Source of the DNA: Amoebophrya sp. A120
Taxonomy: Eukaryota; Protista; Dinoflagellata
DNA: 64,000 bases
NCBI GenBank assembly: GCA_905178155.1
Contig: CAJINV010000021.1
Coordinates: 106,106 to 170,105, forward strand
Direction of reading: 5' to 3'
Position numbers and translations under genes: made by a program. The notes beneath the pieces are model-generated. The model was not told where the DNA came from. It saw only the letters and a list, made by a program, of their open reading frames with translations, and ran no database searches. Each line of letters opens with the position of its first letter. Position 1 is the first letter of the stretch. Of the stretch, positions 25,303 to 35,280 are shown in pieces.

Positions 25303-27628
25303 ATGCAGCGCAAATCCTCTGCCTCACCGGGCAAGCGGAAGTCGACTTCCCCCAAAAAAAGCCGTGGCACCTCGCGGTCTCCAAAAGCACGCGCCACGTC
25401 TCCGAAGAAGAAAACCTCGTCCGCAGCTTCAGTCGACAACTCTCGCGCGGTGGTCGCGGTGGTCGACGACAAGGAGAAAGGGGATGTTTTGGACCGGGTG
25501 ATTGACAAAATTTCCATCCTGGGCACCCTGGCGGTCTTGGTCGCCGTATGTGCGGTGGGCGCGGGAATCTACGGGGTTGCGGACGACCTCTCCCTGCACA
25601 TCTGCTCGCTGGTGCTCGGGATGGGTAGGGGGGGCGTGCCGGGCTGCGCGACGGTGGCCGGGTCGTTCTTCGTGCTGCTAGCCCCGCCCGGCAGAGTGAA
25701 TCAGGTGGGATAAAGTAGTTTACCGGTGGGCTAAGAAGTTTTGCAAGTAGAGTTTTTTTAGACGCAAAGATTAATAAAAGTATCTGCAACGGTCGTGGCC
25801 CCACTGGAGAGGCACCTTCACCTGTATTGCTTAGATGCAAAATCATCTTCTCCGACGAATACTATGAAATTCGAGTTGTATTCAACCTCACCACCTCCTA
25901 CTACAGATGCTTTCCCTGATGACGGTGGCGGAGTCGATGCCGAATCAGCTCGTGGGGCTGGCCTACTTCCTATCAAAAGGAAAAATCCCCCCTTCCCATA
26001 TCAAAACGAAGTTTCTGATGCTGGATTTGCGTACTCAAATCAGATCTGTCTTGCTGGCGAGGACTGCAGGCTCCTGCCCAGCCTGAGTAGAGAGCTTTTG
26101 GCCTAGGCGCTTAGCATGAGAAACATCTATGCTGTAGGCCCAACAGCATGACAAACCGCCTACATAGTGCGGCAAAGCCTGCGGAGTTGTCTTCTTGCAA
26201 GACAGACTTGATTTGGGGTCTCAAATCAGCAAGACAAATTTTCGGAAACATACCTTTTCGATATGGGGAGGGGAGATTTTTCCATTCGATACTTCCGGTC
26301 CGCGGATTGGCTTTTTGCCATGAAATTGAACATGTTCTGTGTGGTCGGGCTGGTGTGCGGGCAGTATGCCGTCGAACTGATGTCGGACCAACTGATCTAT
26401 CCAGTGCAAAAGTGAAATTATCGTACCCGCACTAGTTCTGGCAAGAACCATGCATGTTGACAAAGTAAGCGCTCTCCTAAGCTGAATAACCCGCACTACT
26501 TACACTCTTCCTCTTCGTTTTTCCTTCTAGGAATATTTGTGATGGTGCAAAAAATTATCCGTGCGACCGCGATGCTTTTCCTTTTGCAGTGCATATGATC
26601 CGCAAGGTCGCGGGCGTCATCCTGCTTACCGTCGTGGCCCAAATGACGGTGGAGAAGATCCTCGCGGCCCGGCAAGCGCGAAAGACCGGGGAGAAGCTCT
26701 CGCTCGCGGAAGTGGAGGCTAAGGCGGCGTCGCGGGCGAAATTCTTGCGGTCGCAAACGGTCATGCTACCGCTGGGACTGGTCGGCGGGATTTTGTCCTA
26801 TGTGGCGGGCAACATGGGGCCGCTGCTGAACGTGTACATGGTGTTCTTAGAACTACCAAAATACGAGATGGTGGGCACGCGGGCCGCAATCTTCATCCCC
26901 ATAGACGCCATGAAGCTCGGGCAACGGGCGTAAGTAGTTTTTTTTTGATAAAGCTTGGGATGCCACCTCGTGGTGGTTTGTGAATGAAGTTGAGCATCAA
27001 AGCCCCGAAGTGAACGAAAATGATCTTTTTGCAACAGGTATAGTGGCCATCTCTCCATGGACAACGCGATGTTTGGGGCGTAACCAGCGAAAATCTTGAG
27101 CCAAGTCAGTTGCGTTTTCTATGTGGCACTACATGTTCGTTGGGAACTCCATGCAGAGCTAGACAGAAAAAATTCATCAACCTGTTTGCAACCTGTATTT
27201 CTACTTAGCAGCGGTACCACTACCACATGATCTGCAGCTATAGTTGCACAATGAAAAATGGTAGATAATGATTCATGATGATGATCTTGGCGAGACTCTC
27301 GATTTTCGTTGCATAATGTTCGATTGGGCATTGTGGGCATCATGGGCGTAATTCTCGCCAAAATATGGCTCAAAAAAGCCAGCAAGGAGGTACGACCGCA
27401 AGAGCACACTCTTTATTCTGAAATCAGTTTTGCTACGGTGATGATGACTGAATTCGTGCTTTGCTGCAAGCATCAAGAAAAAGAAAAATCCCATATCTAT
27501 CGCAGCTCTTCGCCTTTGTTTATAACCGCGTGACGTACGTGATGACAATGCTGAGCGGCGTGTTGCTGGTAACGGGTATGGACCTAAAAGAAATCATCAA
27601 AATGGGAATGGACGCCGCGAAGAGATGA
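25303..27628 (+). CDS. TauE/SafE (TSUP) family membrane transporter, paralog A, ~376 aa; exons 25303-25704, 25907-25970, 26297-26397, 26601-26929, 27038-27080, 27321-27389, 27506-27628
   Basis: Motifs LGMGRGGVPG and GGILSYVAGNMGPLLNVYMVFLELPKYEMVGTRAAIF. Three GT-AG introns and three TIR introns. The spliced product aligns along its length with paralog B. Confidence 0.85.
25971..26291. mobile_element. Introner/MITE (321 bp), non-canonical intron
   Basis: TIR tatcaaaaggaaaaatcccccttcccatatcaaaa / ttttcgatatggggaggggagatttttccattcgata. Direct repeat CTTCC. Removal gives LAYF-RSADWLFAMKLN, matching uninterrupted paralog B (FVYRKSAHWLLALKLN). Confidence 0.93.
26398..26595. mobile_element. Introner/MITE (198 bp), non-canonical intron
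   Basis: TIR tatccagtgcaaaagtgaaa / ttttccttttgcagtgcata. Direct repeat TGATC. Removal gives MSDQLI-RKVAGVIL (paralog B: MSDDFIKKFAGGIL). Confidence 0.92.
27081..27315. mobile_element. Aged introner/MITE (235 bp), non-canonical intron with diverged flanking repeat
   Basis: TIR taaccagcgaaaatc / gattttcgttgcata. Flanks gggcg vs atgtt. Removing element +5 nt gives NAMFG[V/A]RLGIVG (paralog B: NLLPGIRLGIVG). Confidence 0.75.
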
Positions 27629-28185
27629 CGAGGAGCTGGGGTTTAGAAACATTGTTGTAGTAAGTAGGCAAGTTGCGCTTTCTTGTGTAGTGTGATGTGG
27701 AGCGAGACGCTTTGCAATTGTAATTGAAAACCCAGAGGAACATGATGTTTGTTCATTTCAGATCATCTTCATCTGTGGGAAGAAAAGAATGGAGAACAAC
27801 ATGAAACAAATGGAAATCGCACCATCAGAAGAACGAAAACAAGTAAGAAATTTACACGCCCACGCGTCCGCGGCGGGGTAAATATGTGATTTCCCGGAAG
27901 AGCTTGAAGGCGGGTCGGGTTCTTGTTCCCGGGGGTCGTTCCCCTGAACGCGATGCTTGTGGAGGCTAAAGCGATCTTCGCAACGTCGTGAACATAGTGC
28001 CCCGTGGCGCAGACCCGCCGCGCTGTTCGATGTAGTTGACCCGCACTTGTCCATGTTGGCGAGACTTTCTTGTCTGTTACTTCTTTTGGTTTATTTTCGT
28101 TCTGACATACGTACATCTACATCTTATGTTCGTAGTCGTACTTTGGTACTACATCCGTAGTTTTCGTTTTGGACACAAGAACATC

Positions 28186-30344
28186 ATGAAGCGCAACAAC
28201 AAAACGTCCTCGACGTCGCCGAAGAAGCGGACCACCCGCTCTACTTCGCGCTCCCCGATGAAGAAAGCGCCCGCAGGCACCAGTGCGACGAAAGCGCATC
28301 GCAACGAAGAAGCAGGTCGCCACGTCATGCCAAAAGTAGCTACCGAGGTGGGAGATAGTAATTCCAACGCCGCAAGCGCACAACAAGCACAGGAATGCCT
28401 ACCATCACCACATCAAGTCCCGGACGGAAAGAACGTTCTTGAGGCGAAAATAAGTGCTGCCATCAAAACTACCAACCCTGAGCAACTGGATGCCTTCGAC
28501 CGTCTCATCCATTTCTTCACTGTTCCGGGCGTCCTTGCAATTATTGTCGCGGTTTACGCCTTCGGCGGCGGTTTGTTCGGCACCGACAACGTGGACATTC
28601 CGATTCACTTATGCGCGCTAGTACTGGGTGCGGGGCGAGGTGGTGTCCCCGGCGCTGCAACGGTGGGGGGTTCGTTTTTCATTCTATCGAAGGGAAAAAG
28701 GTTGTGCGATCTTTTCATGTTTCGTGTTGTTGATTGGCATGTACTAAAAAATTATTTCTCGCAACTTTTGTACTGCGCGCATGTTGATGACCTTGACCCA
28801 CATAAAGACTCATTGCTCGCCGCACCGAAACACGAAGAGCTTCCTTTGCAGCTTCGAATTACGGAATGCCAGTGATGATCTTGTCCACAGCAAAACCTTC
28901 TCAGACGCCGACTTTTTTCCTTCATACGCTCTCCTTGCACCCCCCGGCAAGGTAAACCAGATGCTGGCACTGATGACGGTGGCACAGTCCCTCCCGAACA
29001 ACCTTGTGGGTTTCGTATACCGAAAGTCGGCGCACTGGCTTCTGGCGCTGAAGTTGAACCTGTTTTGCGTGCTCGGGTTGGTGTGCGGGCAGTACGCCGT
29101 TGAGCTGATGTCCGACGACTTCATCAAGAAATTTGCTGGTGGCATCCTTTATGAATTTTTGCAAAAGTATCCCACACGACGTAGCAGTTGCAGTCATGTG
29201 TCGTGACCAATCTTCCTTCTTAGGAAAAACAGCATGGCAAAATCCACTTTTCCACTTCAGAAAATTTGGATAAATGCAATCTACACAACTAGTGGGATAC
29301 TTTCTTCAAAATGCATATCCTGCTGTTCATGGTGGCGCAGATGACGCTCGAGAAGGTGCACGAGATGAGAGAACACGCGAAGAGCAAAGGTGCTGTAGAT
29401 CATCATGTAGACGGAAAAGCGGATACCAGCACTGTGGAAAAAGGGGATCTTCACGAAGAAACAGATGCAGAGAAGCTACAAAAAAAACAGGAATTTCTCC
29501 AGTCGCAGAAGGTTCTTTTCCCGCTGGGGTTCGTCGGCGGCATTTTGTCCTACGTGGCGGGCAACATGGGCCCCTTGCTGAATGTGTACATGGTGTTTCT
29601 GGAACTTCCCAAGTACGAGCTGGTCGCGACGCGGGCGGCGATTTTTATCCCCAACGACGCGATAAAAATGCTGCAACGTTGGTACTCCGGACACTTGACG
29701 CTGGGACGCTTAGGGGACAGGGGGGGTGTTGGTTCATTGTTATTCAAGGGAAATAGCAGAGCGCATCTGGAGGTAGTAGTTGATTCAGAAACCACAAGAG
29801 TGTGGTTTACTTTGCATGACTCGTCCTCGTCGCGCGCTTCTGTTTTTCTTTTTCTGCATTTAGGATCTTAATTCAGCTACCGGTCCTCGGCCGCAAGGAC
29901 GCGGTTTCCGCAACGCTTGCTGCAGAATGAGGATTGTTTTTACGTAGCCTTTTCAAAGCGGGCTTTTTGTTTTTGTTCCCCTATAGCCATACAAAGCTCA
30001 ATAAAGTCGTCTCTCGCTGCTCCTGCTCTCCAGATGACGCGTGGCTTTTTCCCACCGCTGCATATTGAAGTGCCTTTTCGGTCTCATCATTATCCACCAG
30101 CCTCGCCGATTTTTTCCGACAGAACGACGGAAACCTGTTGCCCGGTATCCGGCTGGGGATTGTGGGTGTCTTCGGAGTGATATTAGCCAAAATTTGGCTC
30201 AAGAACGCGAGCAAGGCGACGTTCGCGTTTGTGCACGACCGGGTCACGTATGTCATGACGCTGGTGTCTGGTTTGTTGCTAGCGACCGGTGTGGATGTTG
30301 GGGAGACGGTTCTACGATTGATGGCGCTGCTCACGGGAAAATAA
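28186..30344 (+). CDS. TauE/SafE (TSUP) family membrane transporter, paralog B, ~437 aa; exons 28186-28684, 28932-29149, 29323-29706, ~30132-30344
   Basis: Same motifs as paralog A (LGAGRGGVPG; GGILSYVAGNMGPLLNVYMVFLELPKYELVATRAAIF). Last intron boundary is less certain. Confidence 0.85.
28685..28926. mobile_element. Introner/MITE (242 bp), non-canonical intron
   Basis: TIR tatcgaagggaaaaag / cttttttccttcata. Flanks cattc vs cgctc. Removal gives GSFFIL-LAPPGKVNQ (paralog A: GSFFVLLAPPGRVNQ). Confidence 0.85.
29150..29317. mobile_element. Introner/MITE (168 bp), non-canonical intron
   Basis: TIR tatgaatttttgcaaaagtatcccac / gtgggatactttcttcaaaatgcata. Flanks tcctt / tcctg. Removal gives AGGIL-LFMVAQMT. 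Confidence 0.9.
29707..30131 (+). other. Intron in TauE paralog B, probably non-canonical (425 nt)
   Basis: Removal gives YSGHLTLG-NLLPGIRLG, colinear with paralog A. Flanks tggga/acgga, and only a very degenerate TIR. An alternative AG acceptor exists at 30122. Confidence 0.5.
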
Positions 30345-31483
30345 GTACTAAAATCCAGTCGTATTTTTGAACAAACAATGACGTCAAAGCTGCCACCGCC
30401 GCTCGGCTTGCAGCTTGCAGGGGTAGTTCTTCGATTGGAAGATCTTCCTATACGGTGTCCCGTCCTCCTGAGACTGCTGAACCACGACCCGTATCATTGC
30501 GATGCTACATCTGGTCATGCGAAAGCCGCGGCAAGCTGGAACTACCTGCCTTTGTATGAGAATGAGAAATAACGCGCAATAAAGTAGATGAATAAAAGTA
30601 AAGGAATAAACTACTAGCTACGATTGCAATGGTCAGTGATCACTAGCTATAGCTGAAACAGTCTTCACAATTCGCTGCTCCACGGTCGTGGAGTGGGGAG
30701 TGGGGAAAATGCTCTTGCTCCGCGTCATGATCGGTCATCGTCCTCACTGAGTCGGAATCTTTGTCTTGCCGGCGGTCAATGCGTCGACAACGAATAAATA
30801 CAACGAGCGATGCTGCTCCTTTTCGGTCACCAGTGTTGCTTCTTCTACACGTGTCGGATTCGCTTCGGTTCTAGATCTTCTACTATGTGTCGTCCTCGGT
30901 CTTCTTCGTCCATGTCCTCGTGCAACTTTTCCAGATGGAAAATCGTCCAACCGCCCTACAGATTTGGTTTCTGGTCGTCCTTATGAATGTAACTAATCGA
31001 CGTCGTCCTCGTTGTTGTAGTACTAACTGCTAGGCAGTAGGCACTGAAAAGAAGTTTCGGTGTGCATCGTCGTGAAGGTTTCTTTAGTACTCGGACACTG
31101 GTCTGAGAAATTGTACACTCGTATTCACCGAATTCCGAATTGGCTTCTCTTTCTCCAACTCGCAACAGGAAAAAAAAATTGGTACGTGCTCTCCACGCGA
31201 CGACCACCCCAGCGGCTTTCCGCCCGATTTCAAGACGCAGGTGAGAACTCGAATTTGGATTTGCATCTTTTTCATTCCGAAATTTGATTTTTTTACCATC
31301 GGTAGTGGCGTAAGTTGAAAGCATTTTTGGCACCTGAAGTTGCACAGCACTACCCTACGACTAGAACGAGCGCTATTATTGGAAGATAGAAAGGGAATAA
31401 TCACAAAACCTGAACCGCCCATATTTTCTCATCCACTATTAAGTAGCAGCTATCGTGGACGCCTGCAAACCCACACACAGAAA

Positions 31484-34246
31484 ATGATTGGCACACGACG
31501 GAGAAAAGCAGCTGCAGGCCTGGCCTCCGTTGGCAGCTTCCTCGTCCTCCAATACGGCCCCGCTTCGATTGTCTCTTTGACGACGCTCATCTTCACCAGC
31601 AGTGTAGCAACTTTTGCATCGGCCGAGTTGTCCACGGGGAGTCAAGACCAGAACACCCGTCTGCCTATTTCCATCGACGAGCTTGAGAAAAAGAAGCAGG
31701 AAGCGGTGAATGCCGTCCGAAAAAACTGGCGCTCGCTGCTGGAAAGCGAAGACGATGTATTCGATGTTTTCTTACATCCGGCGGACTTTTACAAGCAGGG
31801 GGATCCTGACTACAACGAAAAAGTGTTCCAAGCGGCTCTGGAAGTGATGTGCCAGGCAATCGGCGGGGGGAATGTTGGCTGCGGAGCAGCTTATAAAAGC
31901 GAAGAGCCCCTCACCGAGGATTACACCCGCTGGCAACTGTGGCAGTACTGGAGTCCCCCTCCGCTGCCCAAACCGCCGCAAGGTAATTACGAGCACGAGG
32001 CGGATGACCTGTTTGAGAACTCGCAGTACCGCGCCGTGGTGCAGTACTACGTCCGCGCGCTCGGCTTGGGCAACTGGCGGATGGTACAGAAGGGTCACCA
32101 GAATGGCCCAGAACAAGCAGGAGCCCTGGTTGCACCAGGTTCCCCGGATGACCAAGCGAAGCTGCGCCGGGGAATCTTTTTTTCTCGGCACGACGTGGAG
32201 AAATGGACGTGGCAATTCGCAGGAATCGCCTTGCAGCGCTGGCTGATACAAGTCCGACCGAAGCTGCAAGACAGCACGACAACAGGCTTGGGCACAGATA
32301 TGAACGGAAAGCTGCGGCATGCCCCGGAGTACTACGATCTCTTCGTTGATCTTCATGAGGACGAGGGTCCTTTGCAGGACCTCAACAAGGCAGATCGGGG
32401 CTCTCAAGATGACCCCAGCACCAGCTTCCGGCGTGGTCACGGGTTGCCGAAACATTTTTTCACGGAGGTAGTCAATGAAAATGCTGGCTCCACCGAGGAC
32501 GTCGCGAAGATTGTGAACCAAATGAAAGATTTTGTGCAAAGGGCTTCAGACCGAAACGGAAACGATCGAACTGAGCTGCAAAGTGCCGAACTACGCCTGA
32601 AGCAGGAGATTTTCAAGGCAATCACCGAGTTTCAAGGAGCGGGCGCCAGCGCACCGGAGCTGATGCAAAAGCTGCGGCCGCTCTGCTCTGACGAGGAGCT
32701 GCGTGAGAGGGACGTGGGCGAATGTGACGAAGAGAACCTTCGTGAGCCGTGGCTGTTCTGCGGAGGGCCCCGAGGCAGTGCAGACGAGACGAAAGCCATC
32801 ATAGAAAAGGGTCGAGAAAAGGGACGCGATGTCGTTCAGATTCGGGCTGACGGCACGATGAGAGAAAGTGGTGTCATCGCAGCACCAGGCGACTCGAGCT
32901 TGGAAAGTGTGCAAGCAAATTTGGCTACTCGGTTCGACTCTGCTGCCAGTCCCAGTAACAGGGCCACTCCCAGTGGTCATGTTCGCCGCAATTTCATCGC
33001 ACCAGATGGCGAGCTTGCGGCCGCAGCAGGAGACGATTCACCTGCTGTGATATCGAGTTCTGTGAAGATCGACAATCACATGCACATTGACTCCTTTCAC
33101 GTGACCAATATGGAGGTTTTGATTCTGAAGTGGGCTCTACCCAAAGACGCCCTCAGACTCCTCGACACTCCGGCTGTAGCGACAGGACAGGCCGCGGAAC
33201 TCACCGCCGACGGCGAATCAACGCCGACCGGTCAAGTCATTTCAGGCGCAGAAGACTCTACGTTTGGTTTTACGACTCCCGTGCAGGACAAAATGAGACG
33301 ACCAAGTGAAGACATTTCCACTTTGGGTCCGGTGGTGAGCAGCCTGCGCGTAATTGATGCAAAATCCGGGGCAGCGACAGCGAGCCGTCAGGACGGGGAC
33401 CACGCCGATCGAGATGGTGACGGAGCGGCAAGCCCAGCTGGGAGCGAAACGGACGCCATGAGCAAGCGGCAGTCGATCACCAGGGCGGCGGATGCCCCCG
33501 TGGTGGCCACCAACGGCGCCTTCTGGGACGCGGTGTCTGCGGGTTTCGCGGCCTTGTCTGCGCAGCTGATGACGGTGCCGCTAAATGGTGGCCGGCGGCT
33601 CTCGACTCGCTTGAATGTGATCATTCGACCCTTTGACAAGCGCGACGTGCCAGCGGCGTTGCAAGAAGCATCGACTGCCGATGAAAAAGAGCGGGAAGAG
33701 GCGTTGAAGACGTTTCTGCGCTCCAAGATCCTGTGGCGCACGGAGCTCGGGAACATTTTGCCGCTCTCGCAGAACGCGAACAAGGGTCTCCAGGTGGCCT
33801 TCTACACCGTCAAGGAAGGTTCCGACACCGTGGAGGAGGTGGGTTTCGATTATGGAGGAAAAACGGACAAGAAGGTTCTTGTGCTGGAACACGCGGACTG
33901 TTGGGATGACGATGAATCGAAGAGGCCCGGAAAACAAGAGAAATGCAACGAAGCCATGCACGCAGCCGCTTTCGATGTCATTCGGAAAGTCAACTCAGGG
34001 CTGAATTTGCCGAAATTGACACCGGCCCAGCTCAAAGCATCCTATCCGACAATCACGGAGCTGCAGAAAGCGTGGCCACCGAAAGAAGGGAATGCAGTCC
34101 GGGCCGGTAAGGAAGGGCAGCCACTTTCACTTGGCGAAGCGGTTCCCAAAGCACAAGGAGCAAAGCCGGCGGCATCATCCTCCACCGCTTTCCTCGAGGA
34201 GCATGACAGTCCGCAGACGCAACCGTATCCCATGATGACGGTGTAA
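31484..34246 (+). CDS. Hypothetical 920-aa protein with N-terminal hydrophobic signal/anchor, single exon
   Basis: Long ORF; first ATG at 31484 is followed by a basic stretch and hydrophobic segment ending ...VATFASA. No family recognised. Confidence 0.75.
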   Translation: MIGTRRRKAAAGLASVGSFLVLQYGPASIVSLTTLIFTSSVATFASAELSTGSQDQNTRLPISIDELEKKKQEAVNAVRKNWRSLLESEDDVFDVFLHPADFYKQGDPDYNEKVFQAALEVMCQAIGGGNVGCGAAYKSEEPLTEDYTRWQLWQYWSPPPLPKPPQGNYEHEADDLFENSQYRAVVQYYVRALGLGNWRMVQKGHQNGPEQAGALVAPGSPDDQAKLRRGIFFSRHDVEKWTWQFAGIALQRWLIQVRPKLQDSTTTGLGTDMNGKLRHAPEYYDLFVDLHEDEGPLQDLNKADRGSQDDPSTSFRRGHGLPKHFFTEVVNENAGSTEDVAKIVNQMKDFVQRASDRNGNDRTELQSAELRLKQEIFKAITEFQGAGASAPELMQKLRPLCSDEELRERDVGECDEENLREPWLFCGGPRGSADETKAIIEKGREKGRDVVQIRADGTMRESGVIAAPGDSSLESVQANLATRFDSAASPSNRATPSGHVRRNFIAPDGELAAAAGDDSPAVISSSVKIDNHMHIDSFHVTNMEVLILKWALPKDALRLLDTPAVATGQAAELTADGESTPTGQVISGAEDSTFGFTTPVQDKMRRPSEDISTLGPVVSSLRVIDAKSGAATASRQDGDHADRDGDGAASPAGSETDAMSKRQSITRAADAPVVATNGAFWDAVSAGFAALSAQLMTVPLNGGRRLSTRLNVIIRPFDKRDVPAALQEASTADEKEREEALKTFLRSKILWRTELGNILPLSQNANKGLQVAFYTVKEGSDTVEEVGFDYGGKTDKKVLVLEHADCWDDDESKRPGKQEKCNEAMHAAAFDVIRKVNSGLNLPKLTPAQLKASYPTITELQKAWPPKEGNAVRAGKEGQPLSLGEAVPKAQGAKPAASSSTAFLEEHDSPQTQPYPMMTV

Positions 34247-35280
34247 GACGGAGTTTCAAGTTCACAAGGAGAGAAGTAGTCTTGTAACTCAGAAAGTAAA
34301 CGAAAACGCGGTAAAGCTTGAGCTTCTGTCCATCACAGAAACGAAAAGCAATTTTTTTTTACATTTTCATCACAGCATGATTTATGTATTTTCTGTAGAT
34401 ACACCCTTTCCTGCTCTGACGCAAAGAAGTAGTAGCACCCCGCCTGCACAAGAACAATCTGTCCAATGTCCCGTTTCCTAGTCACCCAGCACTATTTTTT
34501 TGATTAAAAATCTTCGATATTTTGATTTTTTTGAGTTCGCACTTGCATAAAGTTTCTAGTAAATGTCCCACACCTAACCAAATTTTCATGTTTCATTTCG
34601 AGCAATATTTTAACAGTTGAGTTGCACGACCACCCCCTCGGTCTGTGCCTAGTGTTTCCGCATCGTCGGGCACTGTTTCTTGTTTCTTGCAAATTTTCGG
34701 ATCGAATTGCTAACCCACCACACCGATAATTTATCCCGTTGCCTGAATATCGTCGCAAAAAATTAACCTTCGCAAGTACAGGGAGATCATGGAAGATGGT
34801 GCAATTAAAGGTCTGTGGTCTCCTTTTTCTGTTCGCTGCAGCTGCACTAAATGTTCTTCTACGTTATTCATTGGTGGCAGCACATAGCATGGAAATCTTC
34901 CATGCAGGAGGTGCGAAAATTTTTTTTTCCTCGTCGTCGTCATCGTCATCGTCGTCGTAGGTGGAAAGAATCGTCGCAAGGACGAGATGCAAGAGAGCTA
35001 CAAGTGAAGAACACGAGCGAACAGTGCAAGGAGATTCGACTGTTGCAGTTCCTCTGGTGACATTTTCGTCGAGCTCTGAGTAAGAGAGTGACTTCGTCAG
35101 GTTGCTTCATGATTTTTGAGCATCGTGTTGATTGTTCTTCTTGTGTTTTGCCTTCATCGATGTTGGACGATAGCATGTACACGAAGATCTGGTGCATGAC
35201 TAAACGACAGTAGAAATCCAGACAGCACGACGACAACACAAGCAGAGCTGTGATAACATCGAACAGGCCCGATCAACAAA

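Noticed and set aside
30184-30203. tagccaaaatttggctcaag resembles the dinoflagellate spliced leader (CCGTAGCCATTTTGGCTCAAG)
   Set aside because: It encodes conserved LAKIWLK in mid-CDS, and paralog A has the same peptide with different codons; coincidental.
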